From positions 3,414 through 67,413 of the forward strand of contig JAFQVV010000027.1 in the NCBI GenBank assembly GCA_017407835.1: a DNA stretch of 64,000 bases, written 5' to 3'. Of the stretch, positions 28,801 to 35,915 are shown one piece after another (positions within the stretch are counted from its first letter, which is position 1; each line of letters opens with the position of its first letter). The notes beneath the pieces were generated by a model. The model was not told the DNA's origin. It ran no database searches and worked only from the letters and a program-made list of their open reading frames with translations. A program made the translations under genes and the position numbers. This DNA comes from Clostridia bacterium. Lineage in GTDB: Bacteria; Bacillota; Clostridia; Oscillospirales; CAG-272.

Positions 28801-30603
28801 GGCGGTCTGGAAGAGTTCAGAACCACCGAAAATGTTCTGTCCTACAACGTTATCACTCCTCTGGGCGCAATCTACGCCGAGAAGAATGGTAAGTGGACTC
28901 TGATCAACGAAGTTGTTACCGGCGATCTCGCTGTTGAGAACAACATCAAGACTGTTAAGTACGCTCCCAATGTAACCGATGACCTCGCTGCCATCGTTTA
29001 CAACACCGATCCTGAGGCTCCTTACGCTCCTGTCATGGATACCTACGGTATCGTTGACAGCCCGAAGGCAGGTACCGTTGGTTCCTTCTTCTACAAGGAC
29101 GAGAACGGTGTATCCCGCAAGATCGTTGACACCAAGATCGCTCTGAGCAACAACGACCTGCTCTACACCTACACCGACATTAACGGTGCAGTTATCTGGG
29201 TTCAGGTTAACACCACCGGTAACGCTCACAGCTACGGCTCCGGCGGTACTGTTTACTTCGAGTACAAGGCCGGTGAGTACTGGCACTCCATCTACCTTGG
29301 CTCTTGCGACAAGTACAAGGGCGTTAAGGCAATCAATGAGTATGCAGCTCTCGACAAGTTCGACATTGACGGCCTTGATCTGACCGATCTCGTTGCTGAG
29401 TACATTGCTAAGGTTGATGCACAGAGCAACACCGCTAACGTAATGGCACAGGCTGAGGCATTCAAGGCTGCTGCTGACAAGGCTCTGGCTGACAAGATCG
29501 CTGCTGATCTGGCTGCTACCGAGCAGGAACTTGCTGACGCTAAGACCGCTGCTATCGCAAAGATCGCAGCTATTGCTGACAAGTACGACGACGCTCTGGT
29601 TCTCTCAAACGGCACCACCGTTGCTAACCAGGAAGCTGCTTTCGTTAATGCCATCAACGCTTGCACGCTCGAGGATCAGGCTTACCTGACCCAGATCGAT
29701 GCTAAGGCTGAGTGGTTCGAAGGCGCTTGCGCAGCTGCTAAGACTGCTGCTGACAAGGCTGCTGCTGATGCTGCTGAGCTTACTGCCGCTAAGACCGCTG
29801 CTCTGGCAGCGATCGATGCTGCTGTAGAAAAGACTGCTGATGCTGCCGGTTATTCCACCAGCGCATTCAAGTCTTCCTCTACTAAGTACACCATCGCTGA
29901 GTGGTACACCAGAATCACCAATGCAATCAACGCTCAGACCGTTGCTGCTGACGTTGATCCTCTGACTATTGGTACCATCACCAAGTCCATCGAGGATTGG
30001 GCTACTTACATGGCTGATTACGTTGCTGAGGCTGTTGCTGCTGAGCTGGCTGCTTACAAGACCACTAAGACCGCAGAGATCGTAGCTTACCTGCCTGATT
30101 ACGCAACCGGTCTGGATGCTGCTAAGACTGCTGTAGCTGACGCTGCTGATAAGGCTGCTGTTGATGCTGCTGTTGCAGCTTACAAGGCTGCTGTTGACGC
30201 TGCAAAGGCTGAGGCTGAGAAGCCCGCTTACGTTAAGAGCGCTGACGCTAAGACCGTTGCTGTCAAGAACATTGTTGACGGTGAAACCGCTACCAAGTTC
30301 AACTCCCTGACCATTTACAAGATGGTTAACGGCAAGTACGAAGCAGTTGGTACTTGGACTCCTGCTTCCATGATCACCATTACCTTCACTCCCGGTAGCG
30401 AGCTGGCATTCAATCCTGCTATCCGCACCGACGATCTGAAGATTAACATGGCTTATGACGGTGATCGTACCATCACCCTTACCTTCGAACACTTCGACGG
30501 TATGGAGTGGGTTGATGGTTACCTCGCAGAGGGCGAAACCTATGGTGTCGAGTTCAACCTCGCTACCGGCAAGACCCTTCTGAAGGACATCACCATCGGC
30601 TAA
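25864..30603 (+). CDS. Giant SLH-domain cell-surface (S-layer) protein
   Basis: Signal peptide ending in VSAAEE. Three SLH repeats within the first 215 aa or so (LAELGIVKGTS..., FDDVTKYYGAIAYVADNEIVEGKG, TYEQALTMAVRALGY, TRGQMFQIIYNLF). Long T/Y/N/D/G-rich beta-type body. Ala/Lys/Asp-rich low-complexity segment at about nt 29390-30230. Strong codon bias. Confidence 0.9.
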   Translation: MRNFKKFLALVLAMMMVVGGMVTVSAAEETAATYDYTAAAEALAELGIVKGTSDDVIDFALEDKVVRYQMALLVARIMTGEVDDSYWNKVVENTTPFDDVTKYYGAIAYVADNEIVEGKGWIAGVGDNCFDPEGPITYEQALTMAVRALGYKQLVYPTGFVNTAEELGLTEGLEELAGDTQLTRGQMFQIIYNLFFTAGKDGSDFATKAFGLQTETYVVVATELQALLGAERVYRVDYEGKGRKYDKYVALAPINEDGTYNLDAVIHMTEKELGMDQKESEYRLGYSYVVKSFDKFANAYIVEPCKSTVLQNYGDDKQITAGALYHNMGSNLIKLDGTTYKLVDEYTNLNNKTYANRNPEIIVHSMYEGETSTTGGYYIYDEMFNILDPESATGEIALLYNQWTNTYYVKVGTGYRVATDADFAKYAVGNDINTSFFGVVTDVSKLLNDVEFCEITLFDDNDDGVWDRGIYIPYSFGSYYTYDKNANTFDFDTVTTVKGNDIQINNKCLDGWGEVSDGTYGYKTYVAQSSVDFIGDGRPKTGDYLVYWYNPQGRVFCTIEKTAMTYAKVTALNQGTYSYDSKTETYYWKNATVTLEGEEAPLVLGYRPYVTDSRYVETKSEYDLVYFDKDLALYGYNSVIYECLANSTYLNLGYVVLAGRVVDVAKQDTRAVSGSWMFFDYGVEGLDTDKTYTYYTYEGDILGVDEDGNILVNAWVDGETTEVVAKIGSINGFDTFGELVADYAALNFQFTGIGILGAGQYETLQKIIVARFFETLTYDLDNGNRQMLYTVTDVDDDGVYSIRTDVAIYWGSKNVNTYIQPQYIYTPRSVSGNYASNRIYYNGRSTNYNAPGGSAPMQLHEESIIVCIGNDGVGTATGIPTDGAVVNSEAAYVFEYNNDIILLFAPNASYKTLYTGKWDDDHRAEGYTYYMVSGKHMSAGALADCTTGTVTWDANGVGTYTYKNLFNLNSGEFETKTVVGGLEEFRTTENVLSYNVITPLGAIYAEKNGKWTLINEVVTGDLAVENNIKTVKYAPNVTDDLAAIVYNTDPEAPYAPVMDTYGIVDSPKAGTVGSFFYKDENGVSRKIVDTKIALSNNDLLYTYTDINGAVIWVQVNTTGNAHSYGSGGTVYFEYKAGEYWHSIYLGSCDKYKGVKAINEYAALDKFDIDGLDLTDLVAEYIAKVDAQSNTANVMAQAEAFKAAADKALADKIAADLAATEQELADAKTAAIAKIAAIADKYDDALVLSNGTTVANQEAAFVNAINACTLEDQAYLTQIDAKAEWFEGACAAAKTAADKAAADAAELTAAKTAALAAIDAAVEKTADAAGYSTSAFKSSSTKYTIAEWYTRITNAINAQTVAADVDPLTIGTITKSIEDWATYMADYVAEAVAAELAAYKTTKTAEIVAYLPDYATGLDAAKTAVADAADKAAVDAAVAAYKAAVDAAKAEAEKPAYVKSADAKTVAVKNIVDGETATKFNSLTIYKMVNGKYEAVGTWTPASMITITFTPGSELAFNPAIRTDDLKINMAYDGDRTITLTFEHFDGMEWVDGYLAEGETYGVEFNLATGKTLLKDITIG

Positions 30604-30628
30604 TTGAAAAATTAACCACAATAAAAAA

Positions 30629-30657
30629 GGGGCCCCCGTAAGGGGGCTTCTTTTTTT
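30629..30657 (+). terminator. Rho-independent terminator (GCCCCC-GTAA-GGGGGC + T-run)
   Basis: GNRA-like tetraloop hairpin followed by TTCTTTTTTT, 26 nt after the S-layer stop. Confidence 0.85.
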
Positions 30658-30661
30658 GCGT

Positions 30662-30733
30662 TTGGGGCGCTGCCCCAAGCCCTGCCTAAGGGTTCTTTTT
30701 GAAAAAAGAACCCTTAGGAAACCCGAAAAACTT
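30662..30733. repeat. Structured intergenic repeat, type 1, copy B
   Basis: TTGGGGC-GCT-GCCCCAA, then the 34-nt palindrome CCTAAGGGTTCTTTTTGAAAAAAGAACCCTTAGG, then GAAAAACTT. Collinear with 14438-14507. Confidence 0.8.
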
Positions 30734-30776
30734 CCCACATATTGCCGATCGAAATGCGGCAGTTTTTTGAAGGGGG

Positions 30777-30811
30777 GCGGGGGAAACTTTTTTTCAAAAA
30801 AGTTCCCCCGC
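30777..30811. repeat. Structured intergenic repeat, type 2, second copy
   Basis: GCGGGGGAAACTTTTTTTCAAAAAAGTTCCCCCGC. It has the same GCGGGGGA...CCCCCGC ends and T-run/A-run core as 18762-18805. Confidence 0.7.
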
Positions 30812-30840
30812 ATATCCTGTCCCGTTGCCGCATATCCTGT
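30808..30840 (+). promoter_or_regulatory. Two direct copies of CCGCATATCCTGT spaced 20 bp start-to-start; possible sporulation-sigma-type promoter or operator
   Basis: Copies are at 30808-30820 and 30828-30840. ATA(30812-14)-16 nt-CATATCCT(30831-38) resembles the ATA/CATAcanT pattern I recall for sigma-E-type promoters. The gene start is 36 nt downstream. Confidence 0.35.
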
Positions 30841-30875
30841 ACCACAATACATCTGCCCGACGAAAGGAATATGCC

Positions 30876-32441
30876 ATGGAAAAACAAGCTGCCAACTTTA
30901 CGCTGTCGCCCCCCGCCGCTCTCTGCCCGACCACCTTGGTCGATCGCACCGCCGCCACCGAGCTGACCGCCGATTTTTCACTGCCCGACTACCTCCCCGA
31001 GATCAAACGTCTGCTCCGCGTCACCGCCACCCCACACACCGAGTCGCGCTACCTCTCCGCCAACGCCGCCGAGTTTGACGGCGCGGTGGATTTCCTTGTC
31101 TGCTACGCGGGCGGGGACGGCGGGATGTACTCGACACGGCTGGCGCGCGACTACTCGATCAGTATGCCCGTTGATCCCGATCTGGCGGCGCGGGGGATTG
31201 ATCCATTCCTCGATACCCGCGTGGAGTCGCTGACCAGCCGCGTCACAGCGCCCCGCAAACTCAACGTCCGCCTGCGCTTGCGCACCCGTATGCGCGCCTA
31301 CGGCGAGGAGGACCTCACCCCCACGGTGGAAGCCGCCCCCGCCCACCTCGAACAGCTGATCAAGCATACCCATACCATGCAAATCCTGCGCGCCGATGAT
31401 CAGCCCCTCGACCTCGCCGAGGATATCCCGCTTGCCGACGCCGAGGGTGAGACGCGCATTGTCAGCACCGAGGGCGCGGTTGCAATCACCGACGTCACGC
31501 CCGAGGATGGAGCGGTCATGTGCCGTGGTGAGCTGATCCTGACGCTGATCACCTGCGCCGAGCCGATGGGGGGGCAGGGCGAGAGCGAACGCCGCGTCTG
31601 CCGCATTCCCTTCACCCGCACCGTGCCGCTGGAGGGCGCGCGTGGAGACATGTCGGCGCGCGCATGGGGCATTTGCTGTGATCTTTCCGCCGCCGTTGAG
31701 GAGGATCGCATTCTCTGCGACGCGGCGATTCGCCTGACAGTGGAGGCGGCAGCCGAGCGTCCCCTTGCCACAGTTGCCGATCTCTACGCCCTTGACGGCG
31801 AGATCGAGAATGCCGCCTACCGCGAGATTGCGCCCGAATCTCTGCTCTGCTGTGGCAACTACGCGGTGCCGATGACAGCCACCAATCCCGTGGCATCTCT
31901 GGGGATTGATCCCGCCGCGCGCATCGAGGACGTGAGCGCGGTGCCCCAGCCGGATGAGATCACTTGGGCGCATGGGCGCGCAGCTCTCTCTGGCAGCTGC
32001 CGCGTGACTTTGGTCTATGCGCTGGGCGGCGAATACAGCACGGCTGAGGTGGTAATCCCGTGGAAAAAGGAGATTGAGTGCGCGGCAGAGCCGACCGCGC
32101 GTGAGCTTGAGATGACCGTCACCCGCGCGTTGGCACGGATCGACGGGGAAGGGGAGCGCGCAGTTGTGACGATCGACGCCGAGCTTTGTGCCGCTCTCCG
32201 CCTGGGGCGCGCCGAGCGGAGGAGAATCCTCTCGCATGCCGCCTATTCTCCGCGCGACGGGAAGAAGGGCGGCGCTGTTACCGTCTGCTATCCAGAATCC
32301 GATGAATCTCTGTGGTCGATCGCTCGCCGTTATCACGTCAGTACGAGCGCGCTCGCCGAGGCTAATGACCTGCGTGTCGATGAAAATTGCGACACACCCG
32401 CGTCGCTGGGCGGCTTGCGCTATTTGCTGATTTCGCACTGA
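30876..32441 (+). CDS. SPOCS (DUF3794) repeat + C-terminal LysM protein, SpoVID/SipL-like
   Basis: LPDYLPEIKRLLRV-type SPOCS signature, with two further similar segments. C-terminal LysM (ESLWSIARRYHVSTSALAEANDL). The ATG at 30876 follows GAAAGGAA. Confidence 0.7.
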   Translation: MEKQAANFTLSPPAALCPTTLVDRTAATELTADFSLPDYLPEIKRLLRVTATPHTESRYLSANAAEFDGAVDFLVCYAGGDGGMYSTRLARDYSISMPVDPDLAARGIDPFLDTRVESLTSRVTAPRKLNVRLRLRTRMRAYGEEDLTPTVEAAPAHLEQLIKHTHTMQILRADDQPLDLAEDIPLADAEGETRIVSTEGAVAITDVTPEDGAVMCRGELILTLITCAEPMGGQGESERRVCRIPFTRTVPLEGARGDMSARAWGICCDLSAAVEEDRILCDAAIRLTVEAAAERPLATVADLYALDGEIENAAYREIAPESLLCCGNYAVPMTATNPVASLGIDPAARIEDVSAVPQPDEITWAHGRAALSGSCRVTLVYALGGEYSTAEVVIPWKKEIECAAEPTARELEMTVTRALARIDGEGERAVVTIDAELCAALRLGRAERRRILSHAAYSPRDGKKGGAVTVCYPESDESLWSIARRYHVSTSALAEANDLRVDENCDTPASLGGLRYLLISH

Positions 32442-32444
32442 CGC

Positions 32445-32473
32445 TTGCAATTTTCCCTCGTTTGTGATATAAT
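32445..32473 (+). promoter_or_regulatory. Promoter TTGCAA-17-TATAAT for the methyltransferase gene
   Basis: Read directly. Confidence 0.65.
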
Positions 32474-32503
32474 AGGCGAGAAAAACGATTACAAACGAGG
32501 AAA

Positions 32504-33748
32504 ATGATGGAAATACAGCTTACACCGTCCATGGCGGTTTTCAAAATCAGCGAAAAAGCCGAAAAATCACTGCGCGCGGGGCATCCGTGGGTGTTCGCCG
32601 AAGAGGTGCGGGCCGTGGAGGGCGAGTACGAAAACGGCGCGCTTGTGCAGGTGCGCTCGATGAAAGGACGCTTCCTTGGAACGGGATTTGTCTGCGAGCA
32701 GTCGAAGATCCGCGTGCGCGTGATCTCAACCAACGCAAACGATCGCTTTGACGAGGCCTTTTGGGCGCGCCGCATCAAATATGCAATTGATTATCGCCGC
32801 ACAGTGATGGCGAGCGATGCCGATTTTGCCTGCTGCCGCTTGATTTTCGGCGAGGCGGATTCCTTCCCGGGGCTGACGGTTGACCGCTTTGGACCGGTGA
32901 TTGTCACGCAGTGCCTCTCGCGGGGGATTGAGGGCATCAAGCCGATGCTCTATCGTCTGCTGATCGCCGATCTGCGCGCCCGTGGCGAGCGCATTGATGT
33001 GCTCTATGAGCGAAACGATGTCAAAATTCGCGAGCTTGAGGGGCTGGAGCAGTACACAGGCTTCTGGGCGGGTGACGGTCTTTTGACCGATACCGACGGT
33101 ACGGTGGAGATCGTTGAGAACGGGGTGCGCTATACGGTGGACTATTTTACCGGGCAGAAAACCGGATTTTTCCTTGATCAGAAGTATAATCGCGCTGCTG
33201 TTGCCTGCCTTGCGCGCGGCCGCCGTGTGCTGGATTGCTTTACCCATACGGGGGCGTTTGCCCTCAACGCGGCAGCAGGCGGAGCGGCACACGTGACGGC
33301 TGTCGATGTGTCACAGCACGCCATCGATTGTGCCCGCGCCAATGCCGAGCGCAACGGGCTGACCGAGCGAATGGATTTCCTCTGTGCGGATGTGTTTGCT
33401 CTTCTGACCGAGATGGGCGAGCGCAAAAGCTGCGATTATGATATGATCATTCTCGATCCGCCCGCCTTTACCAAGAGCCGCGACACGGTCAAAAGTGCCA
33501 TCCGTGGTTATCGGGAGATCAATCGCCGTGCCATGCAGCTGCTTCCGCGTGGCGGATATCTGGCGACCTGTTCCTGCTCGCATTTCATGCGGGACGACTA
33601 CTTCCGTGCCATGCTGCGTGAAGCGGCGGCCGATGCGCAGGTCACGCTCCGCCAAATCGAGGCGCGCCAGCAATCCCCAGACCATCCTATCCTGCCCACT
33701 GTTCCCGAGACCGATTATCTGAAATTCTATACCTTTCAAGTGGTCTGA
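32504..33748 (+). CDS. Class I SAM-dependent rRNA methyltransferase (RlmI/RlmK-like, PUA + MTase)
   Basis: Sequences LRAGHPWVFAEEV, LDCFTHTGAFAL and IILDPPAFTKS. Confidence 0.85.
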   Translation: MMEIQLTPSMAVFKISEKAEKSLRAGHPWVFAEEVRAVEGEYENGALVQVRSMKGRFLGTGFVCEQSKIRVRVISTNANDRFDEAFWARRIKYAIDYRRTVMASDADFACCRLIFGEADSFPGLTVDRFGPVIVTQCLSRGIEGIKPMLYRLLIADLRARGERIDVLYERNDVKIRELEGLEQYTGFWAGDGLLTDTDGTVEIVENGVRYTVDYFTGQKTGFFLDQKYNRAAVACLARGRRVLDCFTHTGAFALNAAAGGAAHVTAVDVSQHAIDCARANAERNGLTERMDFLCADVFALLTEMGERKSCDYDMIILDPPAFTKSRDTVKSAIRGYREINRRAMQLLPRGGYLATCSCSHFMRDDYFRAMLREAAADAQVTLRQIEARQQSPDHPILPTVPETDYLKFYTFQVV

Positions 33749-33796
33749 ACAACAAAAAAACGACACAATCTGAGATTGTGTCGTTTTTTTGTTGTA
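33749..33796. terminator. Bidirectional terminator (about 22-bp stem AACAACAAAAAAACGACACAATC/GATTGTGTCGTTTTTTTGTTGT)
   Basis: Lies between convergent genes; A-run and T-run on both sides. Confidence 0.85.
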
Positions 33797-33799
33797 TGT

Positions 33800-34768
33800 T
33801 TAGTTTTGCATACCCAGCAGAGCGGCACCGATGATGCCTGCGTCGTTGCCGAGCTTGGCGATGCGAAATTCGGTCTGGGGCACAACGCCACCGCCGTATT
33901 GCTGTTTCTGAATCAAGGGAAGAAGCGGGTTAAGCAGGTTGTCACGCTCGTTCGAGATGCCGCCGCCGATGGAGATGACTTCGGGCTGGAAGATGTTGAC
34001 AATATTGATCAGCCCGCAGGCGAGATAATCGATATAGGTGTCAACCACCTCACGGCCGGCCTCGTCTCCTGCGCGCATGGCGTTGAAGGCGGTTCGCCCG
34101 GAGACAGGGGCGTTTGCTGCCATTTCGATCATGACGCTCTTGCGCCCGGTTTTGATGCATTCCTCAATTTTGTCGCGTGTGAGGTTGATCAGGCCTGTTG
34201 CCGAGCTGTAAGCTTCCCAGCAGCCCTTGCGTCCGCAGGAGCAGGGGCGTCCGTTGTGTTCGATGACGATATGGCCCAGCTCACCGCCCGCGGCGTTGAA
34301 GCCCGAGTATACGCGATTGTCGATGATGATACCACCGCCGACGCCGGTACCGAGGGTGATCATGACCGAGTTTTTCGTACCCTGTGCGGCACCTGCAACA
34401 GCCTCGCCCCAGGCAGCAGCGTTGGCATCATTGTCCAGACAGATGTTCCGGATGCCGGTATGCTTGGCGAGCATGGCGCAGATGGGGGTTTTGTGAAAGG
34501 GGAGATTGTTTGCATACATAACCATTCCTGTTTTTCCGTCTGCAATACCAGGGGAAGCGATACCTGCAGAACGGATATCGGCAGGAGTGAGATGGTTTGC
34601 TTTCAGCAGATCCAAGCAAAGATCGCCCATATCAGCGATGATAGCTTCGGCAGAGCGGCTTGCATTGGTGGGAACACTTTTTTTGGCTAACAGACGGTAG
34701 CTGTCATCGACAAGACCGGCGGCAATGTTGGTTCCGCCCAGGTCGATGCCAAGATAATAGGCAGACAT
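33800..34768 (-). CDS. glcK: ROK-family glucokinase
   Basis: YYLGIDLGGTNIAAGLV N-terminus, ROK zinc motif CSCGRKGCWE, and no N-terminal HTH. Confidence 0.9.
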   Translation of the reverse strand: MSAYYLGIDLGGTNIAAGLVDDSYRLLAKKSVPTNASRSAEAIIADMGDLCLDLLKANHLTPADIRSAGIASPGIADGKTGMVMYANNLPFHKTPICAMLAKHTGIRNICLDNDANAAAWGEAVAGAAQGTKNSVMITLGTGVGGGIIIDNRVYSGFNAAGGELGHIVIEHNGRPCSCGRKGCWEAYSSATGLINLTRDKIEECIKTGRKSVMIEMAANAPVSGRTAFNAMRAGDEAGREVVDTYIDYLACGLINIVNIFQPEVISIGGGISNERDNLLNPLLPLIQKQQYGGGVVPQTEFRIAKLGNDAGIIGAALLGMQN

Positions 34769-34813
34769 AATTTACACCTCGTTTGATCATTTGATGTGGG
34801 AAAAGGTAAGATA

Positions 34814-34842
34814 ATTATAAAACATAATGATGAATTTGTCAA
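34814..34842 (-). promoter_or_regulatory. Consensus promoter TTGACA-17-TATAAT for glcK (minus strand)
   Basis: Read on the reverse complement. Confidence 0.7.
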
Positions 34843-35408
34843 GGTGTTTGGAGAAATACGTAGGGGTGCTTTGAGATAAATCTTGTGCAGAATGGGGAAC
34901 TTGTGTTTGGGATTTGCGATGGTTTTTCAAATGAAAATTCATTATGGGAAAAATAGGTTTAACTGTAAAAAATCTACATATGTTGCGTGTCCATGTCGAA
35001 ATAACCGCAGTTTTTCGGAGAATTTTTTCAAAAAAAGTGCAATTTGTCTATTTTGTATAGGTGTAGAATTTTTAGTCTCAAATTTGTGCAAATTGACCAT
35101 GCTTCTCAAGATTACACAAAGACTTAGACGCAGAAGAAGGCAAATTGGAAGGGTAAATAGAATTAACATCTTTATTTTGTATGGTTGCAAAGTGGAGAAA
35201 TATGCGAGAAAAACTCCGAAAACATGCCAATTCACAAGGGGATGTTTGCAAAATAACGTAAATGATATTTACTAATCAAAAAAAGCGTTGATCCCTCCTC
35301 TTTTTGCTGAAAATATGACGACTTTTTCTTCTCCGTTTGAACGTGAAAAAGAGCAAAATTATGGGTAAATGAAGCTGAAGTGACAGAAGTGTGTATATAT
35401 TGCCGCCC

Positions 35409-35437
35409 TTGACAATTTTGGAGGGCTGTGCTATTAT
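35409..35437 (+). promoter_or_regulatory. Promoter TTGACA-17-TATTAT for the ABC cassette, followed by a leader of about 480 nt
   Basis: Read directly. It is the only strong promoter-like element I found between 34843 and 35916 on the plus strand. Confidence 0.6.
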
Positions 35438-35915
35438 ATTTGTATGAAAAATTAGGGTATTTTGCGATGTCTTGTTTGTGTCGCGTCGTAAACCCCTGGT
35501 TTTTCTTTCTGTGGAAAGGGAAAAATGGGCCTTTTCCCAGACAAATTGCATACCAATAATGCTGTGCGCTTTGGCATCTCAGGGCGTATAGGTAATGTTA
35601 TTGCGTGCTCGCTTTTCGCTTAAATATGGCCTCCGGTGAATCTGCGTCTCGGGTGGTCGGCGGCGAGGACGCAACAAATAACACGGCTTATTCTTTCATA
35701 TAAATAGTATGCGCAGGACAGTGCCACTGCATTGTTGAGCGGAGCTATTGAACAGAAAGGTGGAAATGCCCGGTTCTCGGTTTCCGCGCGAAAGAATAAA
35801 CTTGGACATGGTGCGGAAAACCGCAGGGCATTGTTGATGGCAAGTTTTTGTCCCCCATTCGCAGCTTATCGCCTGCGGTGAGTTTGCGGAAAAATCTTGG
35901 TAGGAGGAAAAGTGA

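Noticed and set aside
25702-29286. 1194-aa minus-strand ORF, the second-longest in the track
   Set aside because: It lies entirely antisense to the SLH S-layer gene. The translation is low-complexity (V/G/N/S-rich), with no start context, signal or motif. The extreme codon bias of the sense gene removes stop codons from the opposite frame.
30656-31078. 140-aa and 74-aa plus-strand ORFs starting in the repeat-rich spacer
   Set aside because: They read straight through palindromic repeat elements and then out of frame into the SPOCS/LysM gene. This is an artefact of repeat translation.
30978-32450. 490-aa minus-strand ORF
   Set aside because: Antisense to the SPOCS/LysM gene. The sense frame has LysM and SPOCS signatures and an RBS.
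33776-34690. 304-aa plus-strand ORF
   Set aside because: Antisense to the ROK glucokinase gene, and it starts inside the bidirectional terminator.
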